8,695 bases of DNA from an uncultured archaeon (GTDB taxonomy: Archaea > Iainarchaeota > Iainarchaeia > Iainarchaeales > 0-14-0-20-30-16): NCBI GenBank assembly GCA_964565725.1, contig CAZMGA010000021.1, forward strand, positions 1-8,695, in the 5' to 3' direction. Position numbers and translations under genes: made by a program. Positions 1-6,125 of the stretch are shown one piece after another; position 1 is the stretch's first letter, and each line of letters opens with the position of its first letter. Below the pieces are notes generated by a model. It ran no database searches. It worked only from the letters and a program-made list of their open reading frames with translations, and had not been told where the DNA came from.

Positions 1-2
1 CT

Positions 3-1139
3 GGAGGAGAGGAAATTTTAAAAGAAACTTATAAATTAACAGATCAAGGACAAAGAGAATTATGTTTAAGATATGAATTAACTTTTAAATTGGGAAAATT
101 AATTGCTTTAAATCCTACACTAAGATTACCATTAAAAAGATATGAAATAGGAAAAGTATTTAGAGATGGTCCAGTTAAAACAGGGAGACTAAGAGAATTT
201 ACTCAATGTGATGTTGATGTTGTTGGAATTAAAAACTTAGCATTAGATTCTGAGTTTATGAAAATGTCTTTTGATATATTTAATGAATTAGGTTTGCAAG
301 TCTATATACAAATTAATAATAGAAAATTATTATTTGGTTTATTTGCGAGTTGTAATATTGAAGAAAATGATTATATTGATGTTGCATTATCTTTAGATAA
401 ATTAGAAAAAATAGGCGAAAAAGAAGTTATAAAAGAATTAAGAGAAAAGAAAATAAAAGAACAAAGTATTGATGCATTATTTGATTTATTAAATGCTTCT
501 AATTCTATAAAAGAAAATAATAAAAAATTAGAATACTTAGAATCAAAATGTACAAATGAATTATTTAAAGAAGGTGCAAAAGAATTAAAAGAAATTTTTA
601 ATTATACTGAAGATTTAGGCATTAAAAAAGATTTTTATTTTATACCTATATTATCTAGAGGTTTAGGATATTATACTGGGCCTATGTGGGAAGTTTATTT
701 AAAAGATTCAAAAGTTAAATCAAGTGTTGCTGCAGGAGGTCGTTGGGATTCAATGGTAGCTAAATTTTTACAAAGCGATAGAGAATATCCTGCTTCGGGA
801 ATGACATTTGGGTTAGATGTTATTTATACTGCATTAATTGAAGATAATATTAAATTAGAAAACTTTACAAAAACACCTAAATTATTAATAATACCATTAG
901 ATAAATTAAATACTTGTTTATCAATAGCAAATACACTAAGAGAAAATAATATTTCAGTTAATATTGCTTATGATGATAAATTAAGTAAAGCGTTAGATTT
1001 TGCAAATAAAGAAGTTATACCATATGTTTTAGTTATAGGCAAAAAAGAAATTGAAAGTAAAATATATGGCTTAAAGAATATGATAACTGGCGAAACAAAA
1101 TTATTAACAGTAAATGATATTGTTAAAGAGCTTATTTGA
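3..1139 (+). CDS. hisS: Histidyl-tRNA synthetase (class II aaRS), 5'-truncated by the window edge
   Basis: The frame is open upstream of the track's TTG at 90. Positions 3-89 read GGEEILKETYKLTDQGQRELCLRYELTFK, matching the HisRS motif 2 region (D..gRel.LRYdLT). Then PLKRYEIGKVFRDGPVKTGRLREFTQCDVDVVG, the HisRS signature SRGLGYYTGPMWEV, AAGGRWD, and a C-terminal anticodon-binding-like domain (TPKLLIIPLD...VIPYVLVIGKKEIES). TGA stop at 1137-1139. Confidence 0.93.
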   Translation, partial: GGEEILKETYKLTDQGQRELCLRYELTFKLGKLIALNPTLRLPLKRYEIGKVFRDGPVKTGRLREFTQCDVDVVGIKNLALDSEFMKMSFDIFNELGLQVYIQINNRKLLFGLFASCNIEENDYIDVALSLDKLEKIGEKEVIKELREKKIKEQSIDALFDLLNASNSIKENNKKLEYLESKCTNELFKEGAKELKEIFNYTEDLGIKKDFYFIPILSRGLGYYTGPMWEVYLKDSKVKSSVAAGGRWDSMVAKFLQSDREYPASGMTFGLDVIYTALIEDNIKLENFTKTPKLLIIPLDKLNTCLSIANTLRENNISVNIAYDDKLSKALDFANKEVIPYVLVIGKKEIESKIYGLKNMITGETKLLTVNDIVKELI

Positions 1140-2802
1140 CATTCAGATTAAAGAAATAATCATAAATTTCTTTTATCATAATAAGATCTGATTTATTTTT
1201 TTCAGTTATAATTTCTATTAACTCTTCCTTAGTCATACATTGTTTGCAACCCCTATTAGAAAATATTAAGTGATCAGTTAATAACCCTAAATGTTCCCCT
1301 CGATATAAAACTGACTTATTCTTACGATTAAACAAAGAATTATATAAATCATCCAATTTATAGGAATTACTTATTACACATTTTGATATTCTTTGACATA
1401 AGTCTATAAATTTCAAATTTGTTGTAATATTACTTCTAATTGCTTTTGAATCATAATTTGTCCAACAAAATACTTCCTGAATTTTATTTTTATTTAAATA
1501 ATTCAAAAATAAATCTTTTTCATCAGGATATTTAAATTGATTTAATTCATTTTTATAATACAGGCCTATTAAAAATAATCTTCCTGGAATTACACCTTTT
1601 GATAATCCTGTTTCTACATCTAAAAAACAAACATCTTTTAATCTAAGATTAATATTCTTAATTATTTTAAATCCAGATTCATTAAATCTATCTAAAATAT
1701 AATCATATTTAATATTTAACTTTGATAATAATTTAGAAACAAACTCAGTTTCTAAAATCTTAATATTTCCTTTTAATAATTCTGATTTAATTAATACTAA
1801 ATCCGATGATAATTCTGGTTTATCAGATATTATTTTTGTTAAATTAGATAATAAAGATGTCAAACCACGTGGTCTTTTTACTTCAAAATCTTTAAACTCT
1901 TTTATGTCAATAGAATAGTTATTTGTATCAATTATAGCATAATACCCGAAAGCGGGATCTATATCTTGTTGTGAAACATTAATGATTTTAATATTATTAT
2001 AATCTTTGATCATACCAGACCAAATGTGTGAATGGCCACAAATAACCAATTTAGGAGAATATAATTTAATTGAATCAAATAAATCTTTAGAACCAATATG
2101 ATCAACACCAAACCTAACAGATAAATCCAAAATTCCTTTTGGAGGTACATGGGACAAATAAATATCTGCATAAACATTTGGTTTATTTAATATTTGAGTA
2201 TCTAAACCATAACTACAATTAACCCCAAAAATTGATAATCCATTATATTTTATTAAACCATCAATAGGTGCCAATTTAAATTGTAAATATATTCCATAAT
2301 CTTTTGAGAAGTCATAATATGATGGATCTTTTAAAGTTATTTTGCCTTTTGACGTCTCAGATATTATTTTAGATTTAAGTTTATTTATAAAAATATTTTC
2401 TTGATTAATTCTAAAAAATAACTTTTTATCAAAAAAAATGACCGAATCATCATTACCTACAACATAAAAAAAAGAACGATTTAATAAAAAATCTGTTTTA
2501 TCGGGATAATCACTAAATGTTTTTTTCTTAAAATTATTATAAAAATGTATGAATTGTTCTCTAATATTTTTATTCTCACAAAAAATACTACTATTTATTG
2601 TATTTTTATTGAATTCTATAAAATGAGATTTAGTTTTTAAAAATAACTTTCTTTCTATCGGAACAATTCGCTTTAAATCATCACCAGCATACAATATAAT
2701 ATCTGGATTCTCTTCTAATATTATTGTTTTTAATTTATCTACATTTTGTACACGCCAATCTGAAAATGCAAATATTTTAATGTTTTTCACCCTCTGTAGC
2801 AT
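1132..2802 (-). CDS. Two-domain protein: N-terminal calcineurin-like metallophosphoesterase plus C-terminal DEDD-type RNase H-fold exonuclease-like domain (YprB/RNase_H_2-like)
   Basis: Metallophosphoesterase-like blocks: KIFAFSDWR, DIILYAGDD, FYVVGNDDSVIF, IYLSHVPPKGILDLS, KLVICGHSHIWSG. C-terminal exonuclease-like blocks: VCFLDVETGL (D,E), CWTNYDSKAI (D), ITEKNKSDLIMIKEIYDYF (D). 8-bp 3' overlap with hisS. Confidence 0.75.
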   Translation of the reverse strand: MLQRVKNIKIFAFSDWRVQNVDKLKTIILEENPDIILYAGDDLKRIVPIERKLFLKTKSHFIEFNKNTINSSIFCENKNIREQFIHFYNNFKKKTFSDYPDKTDFLLNRSFFYVVGNDDSVIFFDKKLFFRINQENIFINKLKSKIISETSKGKITLKDPSYYDFSKDYGIYLQFKLAPIDGLIKYNGLSIFGVNCSYGLDTQILNKPNVYADIYLSHVPPKGILDLSVRFGVDHIGSKDLFDSIKLYSPKLVICGHSHIWSGMIKDYNNIKIINVSQQDIDPAFGYYAIIDTNNYSIDIKEFKDFEVKRPRGLTSLLSNLTKIISDKPELSSDLVLIKSELLKGNIKILETEFVSKLLSKLNIKYDYILDRFNESGFKIIKNINLRLKDVCFLDVETGLSKGVIPGRLFLIGLYYKNELNQFKYPDEKDLFLNYLNKNKIQEVFCWTNYDSKAIRSNITTNLKFIDLCQRISKCVISNSYKLDDLYNSLFNRKNKSVLYRGEHLGLLTDHLIFSNRGCKQCMTKEELIEIITEKNKSDLIMIKEIYDYFFNLNVK

Positions 2803-3331
2803 GTAATAATTTTAATATTTCATTTGCAAATTTTTCTGCATGCATTGGACCTTCAGCAGTAACTATATTTTTATCTACAACTACAAAGTCTTTTGAATAA
2901 TCACAACCATATTGTTCTAATACTTTATCTGTATTTGCATTATATTCAGAATCAAATCCTAACCAACAAGTTGCTTTTTTATTTTTTAATATTCCAGACT
3001 TGGCTAAAATAGTTGGCGCCCAACAAATTGCACCTATAATTTTATTTAATTTATAAGCATTTTCTGCAATTAAAATAGTTTCTTTCTTTTTTCTAATTAT
3101 TGGTGTTCCAGCACCACCAACAAAAATAATTGCATCGTATTCTTTAATTTTTGGGATTATTTCTTCTAAAATTAATGATACTTTATAATCTAAACCAAAT
3201 GTACCTTTTGCTAAACCTTTTTGAGTACTTGCAACATCTATTTGTATATTAAATTTTTCAAATATTTCTTTTGGTTTTGAAAATTCCCAGTCCTGAAAAT
3301 TTCTAAATGCAATTATCATTAATAATTTCAT
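2777..3331 (-). CDS. DJ-1/PfpI (ThiJ) family protein
   Basis: Full-length 184-aa Rossmann-like protein: MKLLMIIAFRNFQDWEF, DAIIFVGGAGTP, nucleophile-elbow motif IIGAICWAPTILAKSGILKNKKATCW, and FVVVDKNIVTAEGPMHAEKFANEIL. Confidence 0.9.
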   Translation of the reverse strand: MKLLMIIAFRNFQDWEFSKPKEIFEKFNIQIDVASTQKGLAKGTFGLDYKVSLILEEIIPKIKEYDAIIFVGGAGTPIIRKKKETILIAENAYKLNKIIGAICWAPTILAKSGILKNKKATCWLGFDSEYNANTDKVLEQYGCDYSKDFVVVDKNIVTAEGPMHAEKFANEILKLLHATEGEKH

Positions 3332-3352
3332 AAAGAAATAAATACAAAACTA

Positions 3353-3360
3353 TTTATAAT
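3353..3360. promoter_or_regulatory. Candidate archaeal TATA element centred in the divergent intergenic region, possibly serving both flanking genes
   Basis: TTTATAAT (minus-strand reading ATTATAAA) lies about 24-26 nt from the ATG at 3380 (+) and from the ATG at 3331 (-). This is the spacing expected for leaderless archaeal transcripts. The whole intergenic region is AT-rich, so specificity is low. Confidence 0.35.
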
Positions 3361-3379
3361 TATATTACATATTATATTC

Positions 3380-4528
3380 ATGGCTGAAGAAATTTATATT
3401 AATAAATTTGATAATTTAATTAAATCTATTGAAAACGAAAAGAAAAAAGGCAAAATCTTAATAGCACAACTAGCTCCAGCAGTTAGAATTACATTAGGGG
3501 AAGAATTTGGATATACTGTAGGAGAAGATTTAACAAAAAAATGTTTTAATATATTAAAACAATTAGGATTTGATTATGTTTTTGACACCCCATTAGGTGC
3601 AGATTTGGCTGTTTATGAAGAAGTTTGTATATTAAAACAATTATTAGACTCTAATGATAAAAGTTTTTTTCCATTATATAACTCTTGTTGTATAGGTTGG
3701 AAACAATATGCTAAACGAATGCATCCCTATTTAATGCCCCACATATCCTCAATTGGATCACCAAACCAGATTGTAGGGTCAATAGCTAAAAATTATTTTA
3801 ATAAAAAAATTAATAAAAAAGTTGAAGATATTATAGTTGTAGGAATTATGCCATGTACTTTAAAAAAATTTGAAACTTTAGATACATTTGATTACTTTGA
3901 AAATAATAAAAAAAAGAATTCTAAATTTGTAGATTATGTTATAACTACTGTAGAATTAGCACAATGGATCAAAAATAAAAATTTAGACTTTGAAAACATA
4001 AATGACATTGAAGTAATAAATACAGCATCAAGAGAAGGAACTATTTTTGGGGTAACTGGAGGCATAACAGAATCTATTTTAACAGCTTTTGCAAAATATA
4101 TAGGAGAAGAAAAAGAAATATTAGATTTTAGAGAAAATGAAGAATTACGAACCTATAAAGTAAAAATTGGGAAATATGAATTAAATGTTGCTATTGTTTT
4201 TGGGGTTAATCAAATAAATAAAATTTTAGAAAGAATTTCTAATGGAGAACAATATCATTTTGTTGAAATGATGTTTTGCCCTAATGGTTGTGTTGGTGGC
4301 CCAGGACAACCTATGGCATCAGAAAGTGTTTTAGAAGAAAGGGCCAAGGCTATGAGAAATTGTGCAGATAAAATTCACAGAAAAACTTGTTTTGATAATT
4401 CAGCTTTATTAAAAATTTATTCAGAATTAAATCTAAAACCAAATGATGAAAAAGTAAAGAATTTGTTTCATATAAAAGAAGAAAATATTAGAAAACCAAA
4501 AAAGATTTTAAGTTGGCCTATTGATTAA
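3380..4528 (+). CDS. hydA: [FeFe] hydrogenase catalytic subunit, H-domain only (no N-terminal ferredoxin-like F-cluster domain)
   Basis: Three H-cluster motifs with all four ligand cysteines: L1 NSCCIGW...SSIGSPNQIVG; L2 IMPCTLKKFE; L3 VEMMFCPNGCVGGPGQP. Also GADLAVYEE, EGTIFGVTGGITESIL, and a C-terminal NSALLKIYSELNLKP...FHIKEE typical of the small-subunit-like region. Confidence 0.92.
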   Translation: MAEEIYINKFDNLIKSIENEKKKGKILIAQLAPAVRITLGEEFGYTVGEDLTKKCFNILKQLGFDYVFDTPLGADLAVYEEVCILKQLLDSNDKSFFPLYNSCCIGWKQYAKRMHPYLMPHISSIGSPNQIVGSIAKNYFNKKINKKVEDIIVVGIMPCTLKKFETLDTFDYFENNKKKNSKFVDYVITTVELAQWIKNKNLDFENINDIEVINTASREGTIFGVTGGITESILTAFAKYIGEEKEILDFRENEELRTYKVKIGKYELNVAIVFGVNQINKILERISNGEQYHFVEMMFCPNGCVGGPGQPMASESVLEERAKAMRNCADKIHRKTCFDNSALLKIYSELNLKPNDEKVKNLFHIKEENIRKPKKILSWPID

Positions 4529-4530
4529 TT

Positions 4531-5481
4531 ATGAAATCAGATGTAATTTGTCCATATTGTAATACAGAATTAGAAATTAGTTGGAATATTGAAGATTTAG
4601 ATACTATTCTTAACTTTAATTGTCCCTAGTGTAAGAAAAAATTTAGATATTCTTCTAAATTTGCAGAATTAATAGGGCACATATTGGGGATTTTATTTAT
4701 TATAGGAATAGTTTTTGGTTTTATATGTTTAGGATATTATGGCATAATTTGGTTCATATCTTTATTTTCAAATGACACTTCAAATAATAATACAATAATA
4801 CAACAACAAGAATTAATTGCACAACAACAATATGAACAACAAAAAGCAATATTAAGAGCAGAACAAGCAGAAACAAAAAGAATACAAGCAGAAATGGATA
4901 AAATAAAACAAGAAATTGCAAATAGAGAATTAGAAAAACAATCCGAACAAAATCAAATAAAACAATATACATCTAAAGTCTTATTTGATGATAGTCAATT
5001 TAGAACAACGGCAAAAAAAATTGCATCTGGTTGTAATGGAGAACAAGAATGTCAATTATATAAAATCTATAGATATATAGTAACTAATTTTGACTATTAT
5101 TCAGATCCTAGAAATAATGAATATATTCAAGACCCTTATGAAACATGGAATTCTCAAGGTGGAGACTGTGAAGATTTAGGCATATTATTACAAACACTTT
5201 TAGAAAGTATTGGAATAAAAACATATTCTGTATTTACTACAAATCATTATTATGTTTTAGGGTGTATTGAAAATGCTAGTCAAGTATTAGATTATACTAA
5301 TTATGATATGCGAAAATTATATTCAAAATATTACGAAACAATAAGTTATTACAATTTAAATAGATTAGAATGTATACCTTTAGAACCTACTGCTGGAAAA
5401 TATGGTTTTCCTGGCGAATCTACTTGGAATTATAGTGAAGCTTATGATCCATTAACATTAGAAAAACATAATTTAACCTAA
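4531..5481 (+). CDS. Zinc ribbon, transmembrane helix, coiled coil, transglutaminase-like (papain-fold) domain protein, interrupted by one in-frame TAG at codon 33 (4627-4629)
   Basis: ATG 4531 lies 2 nt after the hydA stop. It reads MKSDVICPYCNTELEISWNIEDLDTILNFNCP[TAG]CKKKFRYSSKFAELIGHILGILFIIGIVFGFICLGYYGIIWF..., then an acidic/Gln-rich coiled coil, then WNSQGGDCEDLGILLQTLLESIGI...TTNHYYVLG...VLDYTNYD (Cys, His, Asp order typical of transglutaminase-like folds). The frame is continuous through the TAG into the 265-aa track ORF. Confidence 0.75.
4639..4662. other. Perfect 9-bp inverted repeat with 6-nt loop, a candidate RNA hairpin just downstream of the in-frame TAG
   Basis: AAATTTAGA (4639-4647) - TATTCT - TCTAAATTT (4654-4662). 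The left arm begins 9 nt after the TAG. It is AU-rich, so chance occurrence is not excluded. Confidence 0.35.
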
Positions 5482-6125
5482 TCTTTCCAGACATAGGTTA
5501 CTCTATGTTCTAAAAAACCTGTTTCTGTTTTGTAATTTAATTTTTTCAAGAAAGTTTCGCAATCTTTATCTGTAGTTTTTCCATCAATTATATGATAAGT
5601 TGCAATTGCTAAATTGATTTTATTATTATTTAATAACTCTTTTGCACCTTTTAAAACATGTAATTCTGAACCTTCTACATCCATCTTAATAAAATTAGGT
5701 ATTAAATTTAATTCTTTTGATATAGTATCTAATTTTGATACATCTATATCAATTGTTTTTTGATATTCGTTTTCAAAAATAAATGAAGATCCCCTTGAAG
5801 TTCGAGCATAAAATTTCTTTTTAGAATCAGAATCAAAAATACCTTTATTAATTGCAATAACATTAGTTAATTTGTTTAATTTAATATTTGCTAATAATTT
5901 TCTATAACTCACACTATCGGGTTCAAATGAAATTACTTTTCCTTTTGAACCTACTAATTTACTAGCTATAATTGTAAAACAACCTACATAAGAACCTAAA
6001 TCAAAAACAATATCTCCTTTTTTAGGCATATATTTTTTAAAATAACCAGACATAATCTCTAAATCTTTGTCTAAATTATTATTAGAGTGTATATTTAAAT
6101 TCATTATTTTGTATGTTAATTCCAT
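5478..6125 (-). CDS. FkbM-family SAM-dependent methyltransferase
   Basis: SAM-binding motif I VFDLGSYVGCFTIIASKLVG, KVISFEPDSVSYRKLLANIKLNKLTNVIAINKGI, and LDTISKELNLIPNFIKMDVEGSELHVLKGAKELL, typical of the FkbM C-terminal motif (iDvEG.E..vL.Ga). Ends with TAG. Confidence 0.9.
   Translation of the reverse strand: MELTYKIMNLNIHSNNNLDKDLEIMSGYFKKYMPKKGDIVFDLGSYVGCFTIIASKLVGSKGKVISFEPDSVSYRKLLANIKLNKLTNVIAINKGIFDSDSKKKFYARTSRGSSFIFENEYQKTIDIDVSKLDTISKELNLIPNFIKMDVEGSELHVLKGAKELLNNNKINLAIATYHIIDGKTTDKDCETFLKKLNYKTETGFLEHRVTYVWKD

Noticed and set aside
90-92. TTG at 90 as the hisS start codon
   Set aside because: The same frame upstream to position 3 encodes recognisable HisRS sequence, so the gene begins outside the window.
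3332-3379. Small RNA or tRNA in the hydA upstream gap
   Set aside because: It is only 48 bp and nearly all A/T, with no cloverleaf or GC-rich stem. Promoter function is the simpler reading.
3380-4528. Nar1/NARF-like iron-sulfur assembly paralogue rather than a hydrogenase
   Set aside because: All three H-cluster loops with the full set of cysteines (SCC, MPC, CPNGC), the Lys of MPCxxK and the flanking Met residues are present. Those paralogues also typically carry extra N-terminal cysteine clusters, which are absent here.
4627-4629. Definite pyrrolysine assignment for the TAG
   Set aside because: No pyl genes are present in the window and it contains no known Pyl-dependent methyltransferase. 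The residue cannot be assigned from this sequence alone.
4684-4686. TTG at 4684 as the true start of the transglutaminase-like gene
   Set aside because: It lies right at the membrane helix, and upstream in-frame sequence shows clear zinc-ribbon coding from ATG 4531. It could still initiate a short isoform.
4754-4972. 72-aa minus-strand ORF (MYIVLFDFVRIVFLILYLQFL...)
   Set aside because: It is antisense to the coiled-coil region of the transglutaminase-like gene. Its hydrophobic Leu/Val/Phe-rich sequence is what the reverse complement of Gln/Glu/Lys-rich, AT-rich coding DNA produces, and there is no independent support.
4531-5481. Calling the ribbon-transglutaminase gene a pseudogene
   Set aside because: There is only a single stop codon. 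The rest of the frame, cysteine spacing and catalytic-looking residues are intact, so read verification is needed before calling decay.
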